A DNA stretch of 60,970 bases, from the IMG/VR virus record IMGVR_UViG_3300033986_000160; one strand, written 5' to 3'. The notes below the pieces were generated by a model. That model was not told the origin of the DNA. It saw nothing but the letters and a program-made list of their open reading frames with translations, and did not search any database. The stretch is from an uncultured virus (IMG/VR IMGVR_UViG_3300033986_000160) (Duplodnaviria > Heunggongvirae > Uroviricota > Caudoviricetes). Shown piece after piece: positions 49,142-58,567 of this stretch. Within the stretch, counting starts at the first letter, position 1. Every line of letters starts with the position of its first letter. The position numbers were made by a program, and so were the translations under genes.

Positions 49142-49591
49142 CTACATATCTATCTTGAGCTGAACAACCTCGACGCCGGCTTCTTCTAACATATCAAGAG
49201 ATAATGTATCATCATACCCTTCTATGTACACAACCTTCTTTATGCCTGCATTAATCATCATCTTTGCACATATAACACAAGGTTGGCATGTTACATACAT
49301 GGTACTGCCATTTGTGCTTGCACCGAAGAATGCTGCTTGTGTGATTGCGTTCTGCTCTGCATGGACGGCTCGACATAACTCGTGTCTCTCACCTGAAGGT
49401 ATATTAAGCTGCTGTCTTAGACAACCAATATCTTCACAATGAGGTGAACCTGACGGAGCCCCGTTATATCCGGTTGATACGATATATTTATCTTTTACCA
49501 GCAAAGCTCCCACCTGTCTGCGAATGCACGTCGACCGTGTTTGTATTAGTTTGGCTATGGACAAAAAATATTCGTCCCATGATGGCCTCAT
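49142..49591 (-). CDS. dCMP deaminase (ComEB-like)
   Basis: [29 protein letters not shown] and PCVIC motifs; AAGGAGG RBS. Confidence 0.92.
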   Translation of the reverse strand: MRPSWDEYFLSIAKLIQTRSTCIRRQVGALLVKDKYIVSTGYNGAPSGSPHCEDIGCLRQQLNIPSGERHELCRAVHAEQNAITQAAFFGASTNGSTMYVTCQPCVICAKMMINAGIKKVVYIEGYDDTLSLDMLEEAGVEVVQLKIDM

Positions 49592-49721
49592 TTCTTTTGC
49601 CTCCTTAGAATTTCCTGCACTGTTATGCAGTCCCCTCAATCTCTATGTAGACCGGGAGAGGTGAGAGTCCTCTTATAACTTTTTATTAACTATAGTGAAC
49701 CCCCATATCATCTTTTTATGC

Positions 49722-50306
49722 CTATAATTTCTTAATACGATGTCCTGTTGAGTTGTTTTTTAATGCCTGGAATTCTTCATTACTAAGTTCGCCAAGACCA
49801 CGAGTATCCTTTGCTGCTTCTGCGGCAGCTTTTTGTGAATTTCTGTAACTTGCATTTGTTACATTCTGTGCTCCGCCACTTATCTGAGCTGTCTTATGCT
49901 CCATAATCTTTCTGGCTGTATCCATGTCGCCTTTGGCATCATTGAATATCGTCTGTGCTATATTCTGTGCTTCTTTCTTTGAACCAGCTTCTGCAAATCC
50001 CGTATACCCTATTTCATCTGCTATATCCTGCATCTTAAACATGTCTGCTTTTGACATTATAGACTTTGTACTTGTCTTTGCAGTAGCTTCTGCACCTTTA
50101 GCGACGCTTGCTGCCGCAGCTTTGCCTTCGGCCGCTGCAATTTTCTCAGCACCTTTTGCTGCTTCTTTAACGCCTTGTTTGGCACCTTTCTTAAACAAGC
50201 CTTTAGCGGCACCAACACCAAGGAAGATAGCACCCGCTGCGAGAGCTACGTTAAATAACCCGTTCTCGCCTACATCTTTGTTTGACTCAATTTGACTATC
50301 AGCCAT
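49722..50306 (-). CDS. Ala/Lys-rich protein with N-terminal membrane segment
   Basis: LFNVALAAGAIFLGVGAA followed by low-complexity A/K repeats; AGGAGG RBS. Confidence 0.55.
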   Translation of the reverse strand: MADSQIESNKDVGENGLFNVALAAGAIFLGVGAAKGLFKKGAKQGVKEAAKGAEKIAAAEGKAAAASVAKGAEATAKTSTKSIMSKADMFKMQDIADEIGYTGFAEAGSKKEAQNIAQTIFNDAKGDMDTARKIMEHKTAQISGGAQNVTNASYRNSQKAAAEAAKDTRGLGELSNEEFQALKNNSTGHRIKKL

Positions 50307-50800
50307 TATAATACCTCCTTTACTATCTGCTTGAACTGATCAAGCGTAATAACTGTGTGTGGAACCTTGAATAATTTAATTCCCTTGGTTCTTAATATTT
50401 CTTCCTTAAGTTTATCACATTTCTGGAGATATTGGAATTCCTCCTCAGTCTGGAAATATTGCTTTGTATCGTGTTGCTGGCCTTCTACTTCAATTGCGAA
50501 ATGCGGTTTATTTCCGTATACAAATACGTCAAGTTGCATCGGATAACCTTTTGGAGATGGCAGCCATGAATAATATCCGCCAAATATAACAGGTCGATCC
50601 GGAAACAACTCTCTTACAAACATTTGTATTCGAAATTCCAGTTTACTGCGTTGAGGTATCGGTGCACGTTTTGGCTTCCTATAAACAGAAGCCGGCGAGT
50701 GTTCCTTGCAATATCCCGGTTTCTTTGTAGTATATTCAACAACCTTCCCGCACTTCTTGCATGTTGTAGTCTTGATCCTTATTTCCTTCTTCTTGGCCAT
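50306..50800 (-). CDS. Zn-ribbon plus Vsr/DUF559-like PD-(D/E)XK endonuclease
   Basis: CKKC...YCKEH, then QLDVFV...FAIEVEGQQH...DKLKEEIL..KGIKLFKV. Confidence 0.7.
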   Translation of the reverse strand: MAKKKEIRIKTTTCKKCGKVVEYTTKKPGYCKEHSPASVYRKPKRAPIPQRSKLEFRIQMFVRELFPDRPVIFGGYYSWLPSPKGYPMQLDVFVYGNKPHFAIEVEGQQHDTKQYFQTEEEFQYLQKCDKLKEEILRTKGIKLFKVPHTVITLDQFKQIVKEVL

Positions 50801-51626
50801 GAATAATCGCCTCCAGCTTGCGTTGTGCAGCCATCCTGCGACGGTTAATCGTAGCACGACATACTCCACATTGCTCACCGATGTCTTGATCCCTCAGTTT
50901 GTCTACATAGTAGAGCTTCAGGATTTTCCGTTCAAATGAGGTTAACTTCTTGAACGGCTCACAGCACGTATATCCATCTATCCATGCAATATCAAATATC
51001 GCATTGTCGTATGGATTCTTGCATATCACTGGTTTTAACCTAACGTCGGACTCATAGAACTTTTTTATTGTATAATGCCAATCTGCAATCTCCAATGCTT
51101 TGTCAAATTGGTCTTCTATACTTTCATCGCTTTCAAACTCGTCTTCATAACTAATTAATGATTTGCTTACCGGATCAGTAAAATACTTTGTAGTCTTCCA
51201 CCAGAACCATTTGTAGAAGCATTTGTCAACATAGTTATGAAAACTTGGTTTAGTATCCTTGTAGCATTTAGCCATTTCAAGAATGACAGCTATTGCTTCT
51301 GCCTTCATTTCTTCGTACCCGTACTGTGAGAGCAGATATGAAACGACTTTACTTGTTTCATATAGCTGCTCTCTTACGGTATATCTCTTTTTATAGTTGT
51401 TAACCTGTGACCGAATGCTCTTGTCAGCAATAAACATGCCTACAAAATTCCTTAGCGTAAAGTCATTTATATTGAAAGTTTCATTCATAATGAAATCCAG
51501 AAACTTCTCAATAAACCATGAAAATGACTCTAATATCTGTATGGCAGCATCCATATTACCGGCTTTATATTGAAAGGCCAAGTTATGAATTTTTTGATAA
51601 TCTTCCTTTGTAAAATTTGGTGCCAT
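50736..51626 (-). CDS. Phage sigma-70-family sigma factor
   Basis: YKAGNMDAAIQIL (region 1.2-like), ILEMAKCY...SFHNYV (region 2), LTSFERKILKLYYVDKLRDQDIGEQCGVCRATINRRR (region 4 HTH). Confidence 0.8.
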   Translation of the reverse strand: MAPNFTKEDYQKIHNLAFQYKAGNMDAAIQILESFSWFIEKFLDFIMNETFNINDFTLRNFVGMFIADKSIRSQVNNYKKRYTVREQLYETSKVVSYLLSQYGYEEMKAEAIAVILEMAKCYKDTKPSFHNYVDKCFYKWFWWKTTKYFTDPVSKSLISYEDEFESDESIEDQFDKALEIADWHYTIKKFYESDVRLKPVICKNPYDNAIFDIAWIDGYTCCEPFKKLTSFERKILKLYYVDKLRDQDIGEQCGVCRATINRRRMAAQRKLEAIIHGQEEGNKDQDYNMQEVREGC

Positions 51627-51630
51627 ATTA

Positions 51631-52125
51631 TCAATCCTTATATGAGTATACTGCTGCCACAGCATCATAAATATCGCTGGTCTTTTGTTTATTTGATTTG
51701 TCGCTAAAAGGTCCTATGTTTTGCACCTTCTCATTATCCTTATAGATTACAAGAAGCGTTGCTGCAACATCTTCTTTCTCTGCTTTACCATTACCTGTAA
51801 CGGCCTGTTTAATTTCAGAAGGAGATATGTACTTAACAGATATATTTGCCATCTTTAGCAGAACAACAATTCCGCCACGAAGTCTTGATAACTGTAGAGC
51901 TGTCTTGGCGTTTCTGTATACGAATTGAGATTCCATTATGACGGCATCTATCTTGTGTTCTCTTGCTTTCTGAAGAATCTGTACTGCAATTTGAAATATG
52001 CGTTCATCTTCTTCTGATTTATTCGTTGTTGTTATCCTGCCTAAATCAACAATATCTCCGTCTATTTTGATCGCCCATCCTGTAGATGAAATGGATGGGT
52101 CCAAGCCCATCACCCTATTTGCCAT
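51631..52125 (-). CDS. ruvC: Holliday junction resolvase RuvC
   Basis: MGLDPSISSTGWA, VIMES, PSEIKQAVTGNGKAEK and DIYDAVA motifs. Confidence 0.9.
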   Translation of the reverse strand: MANRVMGLDPSISSTGWAIKIDGDIVDLGRITTTNKSEEDERIFQIAVQILQKAREHKIDAVIMESQFVYRNAKTALQLSRLRGGIVVLLKMANISVKYISPSEIKQAVTGNGKAEKEDVAATLLVIYKDNEKVQNIGPFSDKSNKQKTSDIYDAVAAVYSYKD

Positions 52126-52258
52126 CGTCCTTTACCTCACTTATTTTGACGTTAGCAGGCAATTCCTTGTCTTTCAATTGTTCTGCCGCCTCTTTGTCCT
52201 TGATGATTGTGTCACCATTCTCATCGAGAATAATCTTACCGAAGTCAATTCTGTCCAT
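52115..52258 (-). CDS. Small hypothetical protein (47 aa, not in ORF track)
   Basis: AGGAGGTG RBS, MDRIDFGKIILDENGDTIIKDKE...; stop overlaps the ruvC start region. Confidence 0.55.
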   Translation of the reverse strand: MDRIDFGKIILDENGDTIIKDKEAAEQLKDKELPANVKISEVKDDGK

Positions 52259-52355
52259 GCTTACACCTCCTCTACAGTAACGTCAGCTCCCCATATGGCT
52301 TTAAGCTGAGTCATTCATTAACTGCAAACCGCTTATCGATCCAGGTTTTAACTGA

Positions 52356-53177
52356 TTACCTCTTGGTTGCATTAATGGCATTAAAATCACTCCCTGGTTT
52401 AATTATACCATAATCCATATTGGTATTACACACCAGTCTATATGGGCATGTATAGCACTTGCTGTCAGGGTTGGCATAGAATAGATTATGGTTTATTGCA
52501 TAGGCGACGCACTTCACTGTGTGCTCCAGAACTTTGAAATCTCGTTCAGAACGAGTAGTTTTGTGTACTTTCTTTTTATCAAGTCCAAAGTATACAATGA
52601 CATCCTCTTTTGTATTGAAAGTCTTACGAAATGCATAGCTTGCCGCCGTAATTTCAAGATCATTACCTACAGCAACTTTGTTATGAACCTTGTCATTGTT
52701 CTTAAAATCAATGATCTCAATAATTGGAATATCTTTGTCTTTTATTTCTCTTATAAGTTCCCATGAGCCTGTAAGGAATATATTATCACCAAGATCTACT
52801 TTGTAAGGATGGTTTATTGCAAGTAAAATACCAGGGTCTTTCCTGTAATAGTTGAATACATACACAAGGGTATCGACCCCACGTTTTCTACGTTCGTTTT
52901 CAATAACTCCCCATGATAATGACTTGGAGTATACGATATCATATTTGGTTTTGTTCCCGAGCCATAGCGACCCCCATATCCTTGTCACTTCCCGGAGTGT
53001 CACGCTCTCATTGTTCTGTAAAGCATTGAAGAACGAATAGATCGCTCGATGGATGTCATATTCATATTTTTCTATAATGCTGATCTTCTTTTTCTTCTTA
53101 GACTTGTTCAGATACTTGTGTTTGTACATCATTGGGCAGAAGCAATAGTCAAGAACTTCCCTGATATCGATATCCAT
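52356..53177 (-). CDS. Cas4/RecB/AddB-like PD-(D/E)XK nuclease-family protein
   Basis: N-terminal CP and C-terminal CYTCPYRLVC (Fe-S staple arrangement), IIDFK motif. Confidence 0.7.
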   Translation of the reverse strand: MDIDIREVLDYCFCPMMYKHKYLNKSKKKKKISIIEKYEYDIHRAIYSFFNALQNNESVTLREVTRIWGSLWLGNKTKYDIVYSKSLSWGVIENERRKRGVDTLVYVFNYYRKDPGILLAINHPYKVDLGDNIFLTGSWELIREIKDKDIPIIEIIDFKNNDKVHNKVAVGNDLEITAASYAFRKTFNTKEDVIVYFGLDKKKVHKTTRSERDFKVLEHTVKCVAYAINHNLFYANPDSKCYTCPYRLVCNTNMDYGIIKPGSDFNAINATKR

Positions 53178-53524
53178 TATCTTCGCTTCCTTTCGGTAAG
53201 CAGACCAGGTGTACTTCTGTCAGCCAAATCAAACATCTGTTGCATACATGCATTGTGCATGTGCCATTTGAATTCACGTTTTCGTGTTGCCGGATCTTTA
53301 CTGAATGCTTCCGGCGGCATTGGCTGTCCGCAGATCTGACAATGAATGATTTCTCCAGGCTTTGGTAGAGGTGGAAGCATGATGTTCCTTTTTGTCTGGT
53401 CGACATTACGTATGAAATTTTCAGTTTGCTCTGTACTTGAGAAATTAGACAGATGTTCTTTTCTCTCCTCGTCAGACATCTGAGAAATATCAATTTCTTG
53501 CCGGCTGTACCTTTGCTTTTCCAT
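53177..53524 (-). CDS. Hypothetical Zn-finger protein
   Basis: CQIC...HNAC; GGAGG RBS before MEKQR. Confidence 0.55.
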   Translation of the reverse strand: MEKQRYSRQEIDISQMSDEERKEHLSNFSSTEQTENFIRNVDQTKRNIMLPPLPKPGEIIHCQICGQPMPPEAFSKDPATRKREFKWHMHNACMQQMFDLADRSTPGLLTERKRR

Positions 53525-53717
53525 CTCTATAACCTCCATTTATAATTACGGTAAACGACCTTCCTGTGTAATTGTAATACTCAAATACATGGTTGGCCGT
53601 AATTTCTATTATACACGAATTTGATATTATGGTTTGCCCAAGAGGATTGCTTCCTTCTTTTACAATGGAGTCAACACATTCCATTAGGTATTCATCAAAA
53701 TTACTTACCCTTCTCAT
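53490..53717 (-). CDS. Hypothetical protein
   Basis: GAGGT RBS; fills the gap in the operon. Confidence 0.5.
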   Translation of the reverse strand: MRRVSNFDEYLMECVDSIVKEGSNPLGQTIISNSCIIEITANHVFEYYNYTGRSFTVIINGGYRDGKAKVQPARN

Positions 53718-53725
53718 AGGCTACC

Positions 53726-54559
53726 TCACATGACTTGGTACGGTTCTCCGCACGACATTTTGCCTTCTGTGCATTGACCTCTTGTACAGGGTGCACCGGC
53801 ATATTTGAATAATACTGGTGAAACTTCTCTGCATATCTCCAGTATTTTTGTTGCTACTTCCCTAATTTCCCACTGAGCACGTTTACAATGGCGTAGCTTT
53901 AAGAAGTGAAACAATTCCCTGACATTCATTGTCATGATAATTGTTGTTTGAATTCCGTTAGGTAGTATGTATCTTGCATCTTCAAATGCCTTTTTCTCTA
54001 CCTTCCTGGACATGGTTTGATATTTGTCTGGCATATATTTTTTAAGCATCTGTGCGAATTTGATACCTCTGTCGTGATCTGGAACCATGCCGATCAATTC
54101 TTTTATGAGTCCCATGTTTGAGTGTTTGCTTAGTTCTAATTCTATATAATCGTCAATCAACAACGCTACAACTTCCCTGTAGGTTTCAAGGCACATATCC
54201 ATTGCTCTGTCAAATTTGAATCTGGCCAGGGAGTTATTCTCAATCACAGGAGGTAAACGAAGTTTCCCGTTTGAACGGTTTGTATATCTTCCTGACTGGA
54301 TTGAGTAGCTTGCAATTCTGTGCCTTGTTAGCTGTTGCTCTGTAATTCTTGACACACCTTCTATCGCAAACGTAAACGACGCATGTTCAAAAGGTGATTC
54401 GTGTCCCATGTCATGAAGTGTTTCGATAAACTTGTCAATATCACTGTTTTCTATCTTCTCCATCAGTTCATCTATCGTAGATGAACTGTAACAGAGCTTT
54501 GCAGCAGAAGCAATAAGTTTATCAGGATTTTCTGTATGTGCAAGTAGCTTTACTATCAT
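53726..54559 (-). CDS. thyX: FAD-dependent thymidylate synthase
   Basis: GHESPFEH, RHRIASYSIQSGRY (ThyX motif), EDARYILP, RAQWEIR. Confidence 0.95.
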   Translation of the reverse strand: MIVKLLAHTENPDKLIASAAKLCYSSSTIDELMEKIENSDIDKFIETLHDMGHESPFEHASFTFAIEGVSRITEQQLTRHRIASYSIQSGRYTNRSNGKLRLPPVIENNSLARFKFDRAMDMCLETYREVVALLIDDYIELELSKHSNMGLIKELIGMVPDHDRGIKFAQMLKKYMPDKYQTMSRKVEKKAFEDARYILPNGIQTTIIMTMNVRELFHFLKLRHCKRAQWEIREVATKILEICREVSPVLFKYAGAPCTRGQCTEGKMSCGEPYQVM

Positions 54560-54927
54560 TTTTCCGCCTCCTTTGCCATATTTCTAATGGCTTCTTTGAT
54601 TTCAGTAGTCGCATTGATAGCAAAGTTATTACGACGGATCATAAACTTTCTGTCCTTGTATGTATGAACACATATAGGAATAGTGCAAGTTTGACACCTA
54701 ACGTAAAGATGACTTGCCTTATTGCGGCATTTGCTACATATAGGGCAAGGGTCATACAATGCACATGTGTGGAATTTTGGTTCTTCCTTGAAAAAATCTT
54801 TATTATTAGCGAACAGACGTTTATTACCTTCAAGAGCTCTGCGAAGTTTTTGTTCATCAAATACAGTAAGCCCTTCGTCATTTGTTGTTGTTGCCATGTC
54901 GTAAAGACCTTGGATTAAACTATTCAT
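54556..54927 (-). CDS. Cys-rich (Zn-binding) hypothetical protein
   Basis: CALYDPCPICSKC...CQTCTIPICVH. Confidence 0.55.
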   Translation of the reverse strand: MNSLIQGLYDMATTTNDEGLTVFDEQKLRRALEGNKRLFANNKDFFKEEPKFHTCALYDPCPICSKCRNKASHLYVRCQTCTIPICVHTYKDRKFMIRRNNFAINATTEIKEAIRNMAKEAEK

Positions 54928-54946
54928 ATTTTAACCCCCGTAAATT

Positions 54947-55327
54947 CTATTCTTCTTCTTCTACAGTTATAACTCTGACCGGTATTGTTGCACCTTCTGC
55001 TATATGCCACGTAAAATTATCGATTGGCTTGTCAGAAGATAGCGTAAATATCAGCTCAGGTATTTCATCGGCGACAAACAGAGGTTTGTCAATAACCGCA
55101 TCGATCCTTACATTGTCCGGAAATCCGAGCTTCATAGCAACAAGCTCATACGTCAGCACAGAAGCCTTCTGCTGTACGCTTTTGCTGGTATGAATAGACT
55201 CATGCAATTGAATCGTTTCGTTCCCTGAGTCAACAGAAATCTTGTATGTAGTCGTTGGCTGTTTACTCTTTCCGAATGCCCGATGAATAAGCGAATAAGG
55301 AACCGATATTCTGCCTTTGCATTTCAA
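54947..55327 (-). CDS. Hypothetical protein
   Basis: AGGAGGT RBS before a TTG start. Confidence 0.5.
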   Translation of the reverse strand: MKCKGRISVPYSLIHRAFGKSKQPTTTYKISVDSGNETIQLHESIHTSKSVQQKASVLTYELVAMKLGFPDNVRIDAVIDKPLFVADEIPELIFTLSSDKPIDNFTWHIAEGATIPVRVITVEEEE

Positions 55328-55460
55328 GCTGACTACCTCCTTTCAACATCTAAGTTAATTTTACTACATTTTGTTACAAATGTCCATCAGTGATGCATAA
55401 TATGAATGTAAAACGGGAACCCTAAGTTATTATACCAAGGTTCCCGCCCCATTGCCGACA

Positions 55461-56192
55461 TTATATCGTATACCCTTTAAACACTAAGCCTTTGAGGTCA
55501 CCATTCAGTTCGTTCAGAGTCATCTGGGCATCTTGTATCGTGTTGATAAATTCCGATAAATATGTATCCAGGATAACTGCTGCCTTGGTCTTAACGTCGG
55601 TATAAAACACGGAGTTACATATACTGACGAGCATCTGTGGTGTGTTTTCGATACGCTTGTAATGCCATTTGTTAAACTTCTCCATGACAATACTCAGAAC
55701 ACGTTGCTCCTCGGCTGTATACCGTTGAGTCACATAGTAGCTTGCGTATTGTTCAATGGCAGCCTGAAAGAGTTTCATGTGCTCATTATAGAGCTCCGTT
55801 GAATCCTCAATCTTACCTTCGTCTACGTTATCACAGAGTTCCATCAATAAGTTCGACCATATATCCATCTTAGCTATCAGAATATCCCTGAACACTTCTT
55901 CTTTTCCCTTATTCGGTAAAGTAAAAGAATAATTCAGATGTTGTTTCAGTGCCTGGATTCTGGTGAAGAAAGGGTGGTCTGTGAGATAGACTTCAGAAGA
56001 AGGTTGCTTCTTTTCGCTGTCTTCCGAATCTGCATCTAATTCAGGGTCAGCGTCCGGATCATCCTTCGGTAGTTTACCATTGGTTGCTCGACGTTTGATT
56101 ATATAAGCTGTTGCACCGATTATAGGAGCGGCTGCACCAATCACAGCAATCAATACGTCAATGAAAGTCTTTGAACCTTGTTGATCAGCCAT
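55461..56192 (-). CDS. Membrane-anchored hypothetical protein
   Basis: GAGGGGG RBS before MADQQ; one transmembrane segment VLIAVIGAAAPIIGATAYII followed by KRR and an acidic linker. Confidence 0.6.
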   Translation of the reverse strand: MADQQGSKTFIDVLIAVIGAAAPIIGATAYIIKRRATNGKLPKDDPDADPELDADSEDSEKKQPSSEVYLTDHPFFTRIQALKQHLNYSFTLPNKGKEEVFRDILIAKMDIWSNLLMELCDNVDEGKIEDSTELYNEHMKLFQAAIEQYASYYVTQRYTAEEQRVLSIVMEKFNKWHYKRIENTPQMLVSICNSVFYTDVKTKAAVILDTYLSEFINTIQDAQMTLNELNGDLKGLVFKGYTI

Positions 56193-56399
56193 GTTTTGAG
56201 CCCCCTCAAAACTATAGATGACCGCTGTTACGGCCTTTGGAGCAGACGGCTCCTTCATGTACAAATTGTACAAATTAAAGTAGCACAGTGTTACCAATGC
56301 TACTTTAATTATACTTCATTTTAGGTAGGATTTACAATATGGATATGCATGTTTTAACATATGACCTCCTAACGCTTAAACCTCTTTATATAATCGTTC

Positions 56400-57527
56400 C
56401 TAACTGCCAAATACCACACTTGCATATGCTTTTGCAGCTTGTGGATCAGCTTCTTCAAATCTGGCCATCTCCGGGTAAAACTCAAAGAACAGTCGTCCCT
56501 TAAATGTATGGAATTTGTTCTTTGCAAAGTGAACTTCAAATACTGGCTGTTTTAACGGCTCGTTTGCACGTAGAAAATACACGCCAGCTGCTTCTCCTTT
56601 GTAGTGCACTTCATTATAAACCAGGAGTACAGCCTTTGCTTCGTACTTGATTTTTACAGTTTCCCTCAAATCATCAAGGGATGGTCTCCTGATGCCGTTT
56701 AATTTCTTTAGCTCGGCAGAACAAATCATGACCAGATTGTACTTTATAGCCGTATCCGAACACCATTGTGCAATAGTATCATACTTTAATTTATCGGTAA
56801 GACCCGGTTGGTTCTTTAAGTTCAAATCATGCATGTTATCAATGCAGACGACGATCTGTTTCTCAAGACAGGCAGCGTCAAGCATAACCATAATTCTTTT
56901 GATTTCATCTTCAATATCTTCTACGTATGTACTGAAATTGGCATCATACACATTGTATGAATTACACATTGCCCTAAGTTTATTAAGTCCAACTTCACGA
57001 CGCTGTAGCATTAACGGAATATGCTTGTAATTTTGTGGACACTTTACTGCATTTAGCATAACCCTATTGATAGAACCTACAATCCTTGGAATCTTATCCT
57101 GTAATGGATCGTCAAGACTGAAGTCCATAACATAAGCGTTTGAATTCTCATGAGCAATCTGTTGGGCAAGTTGTGTAATAAAGCCCGACTTTCCAAGGTT
57201 TGAGTCGCCACCGATAACAATAAACCCTGGAACCAACCCGCCATCAAATGCGGCATCAATTGATTTCCACCCTGTCTTCAGCCCCTGGTTCTTTTTGCTC
57301 CAGGCACGTTTTTCGAATGCTTCAATCTTGTCCCACATCTCTATCTCATGGTCAAGACTCGGCTTTGGTGGTGCAGCACTTCTTATCTTCTGTAAATCCT
57401 GATCTATGTTAGTAAGATCCGGAAGGTCCGGGTCACCAAGAATGTCTTCCGGCGACCCAACATCCGGCTCGGTGCTTGTAGCTTCCTCAAACGTGAGGAA
57501 ATCTTCTATGTTATAACCATCACTCAT
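56400..57527 (-). CDS. DnaB-like (SF4) replicative helicase
   Basis: GLKTGWKSID, Walker A GGDSNLGKS, DFSLDD, VCIDN, RPSLDDLRE, AKNK; adjacent to the primase gene. Confidence 0.8.
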   Translation of the reverse strand: MSDGYNIEDFLTFEEATSTEPDVGSPEDILGDPDLPDLTNIDQDLQKIRSAAPPKPSLDHEIEMWDKIEAFEKRAWSKKNQGLKTGWKSIDAAFDGGLVPGFIVIGGDSNLGKSGFITQLAQQIAHENSNAYVMDFSLDDPLQDKIPRIVGSINRVMLNAVKCPQNYKHIPLMLQRREVGLNKLRAMCNSYNVYDANFSTYVEDIEDEIKRIMVMLDAACLEKQIVVCIDNMHDLNLKNQPGLTDKLKYDTIAQWCSDTAIKYNLVMICSAELKKLNGIRRPSLDDLRETVKIKYEAKAVLLVYNEVHYKGEAAGVYFLRANEPLKQPVFEVHFAKNKFHTFKGRLFFEFYPEMARFEEADPQAAKAYASVVFGS

Positions 57528-58567
57528 CTTGCAACAACCCCCGCTTGCCTATTTTTCATTAACTTGCAGTTCTTAAAGTCACACTCGCTTAGGACTTTTA
57601 ATGTAGAACATCCATAACTTGCGTGTCCTGCAAAGATACTTCTTACGCTTCTCTCTAATTCCTGTTCTTTTGTAGGAGGTGTATTCTTCGTATCATTCCA
57701 TTCCTTTATCTTTTCAAGTGCCTGTACATATTCCATTCCACAATTCTTATAGTAACTTGCCAATGCTACTATTGAATTGTTTCGTCGTCCTTCCGGAGCT
57801 CCTGTTTTGAGCAGATGACTAACGCATGGAGGCATGTACCGTAAATTCCCTGTACCCTTCAGTGTCACTTTCTTTTGTGATTCTTTTATATATAAATCTA
57901 CAAGGTATTTGTATTGTTTGTTTGCCAGAGTATTAAACGACGGCGGAGCGACCGCTATAGTTCTTGGCTGTCTGGCCAGTTCAAGTATTTCCTTGTGGCT
58001 TATGTCCCTGAGTTCTTGTTGTGTGATAGGGATTTTGTATAGTCTTGTTTTTTCGTGAATGGTTCCAGGGATTCTGAATAGCCTTTTATTGTCATAGATA
58101 ACCAAATCAAGCGTCTTGTTTGGTGTGTGTTTTATTACGTCACTTGCAATAAACTTGTATATCAAGTTCAGTTTCTTGTGTGGCTCAACTCCCAGGATTT
58201 CCGAAGGAACCATTATATGTACTCCCTTGTTTCCAGAGAAGTATATCTGTAATTCTTCCGGTTCAATATGCATGATTGTTTTCAGATATGATATACTTCG
58301 CAAGGCATCGATCCTTACTTTCTCAAAGTCATTCTGGTCGTCGAAATCCAAATACAAGTCACTAAACAGATATGCTTCATTCAAGTCGGTCGTGTTGTAC
58401 CTGTACGGAGTAATGAATAAACCGAATCCGTTATGCTTTTGTATGAATTTATCGACCTCATCTTCTTTGATGTAGATATTCCTCTTAAAATACTTATTCC
58501 CCTTGGCGATTGTCCAGAACCCGGTTTCTACCAGGCAACACTCTTGCTTTTGGCACAATCTTATCAT
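57524..58567 (-). CDS. Archaeo-eukaryotic primase with PriCT-like C-terminal domain
   Basis: DLYLDFD (motif I), FSGNKGVH (II), DLVIYD...RLFRIPG (III), PPC...GRRNNSIVALA. Start position uncertain. Confidence 0.85.
   Translation of the reverse strand: MIRLCQKQECCLVETGFWTIAKGNKYFKRNIYIKEDEVDKFIQKHNGFGLFITPYRYNTTDLNEAYLFSDLYLDFDDQNDFEKVRIDALRSISYLKTIMHIEPEELQIYFSGNKGVHIMVPSEILGVEPHKKLNLIYKFIASDVIKHTPNKTLDLVIYDNKRLFRIPGTIHEKTRLYKIPITQQELRDISHKEILELARQPRTIAVAPPSFNTLANKQYKYLVDLYIKESQKKVTLKGTGNLRYMPPCVSHLLKTGAPEGRRNNSIVALASYYKNCGMEYVQALEKIKEWNDTKNTPPTKEQELERSVRSIFAGHASYGCSTLKVLSECDFKNCKLMKNRQAGVVAR

Noticed and set aside
49595..49720. Riboswitch or small gene upstream of dCMP deaminase
   Set aside because: No recognisable aptamer and only stop-interrupted fragments; too weak to call.
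52356..53177. Cas4-like gene as evidence of a CRISPR system
   Set aside because: No repeat-spacer array or other cas genes seen; solo Cas4-like nucleases are common in phage recombination modules.
55414..55446. Hairpin cgggaacc...ggttcccg after the 55461 gene
   Set aside because: Probably an ordinary weak terminator with a large loop; nothing unusual.
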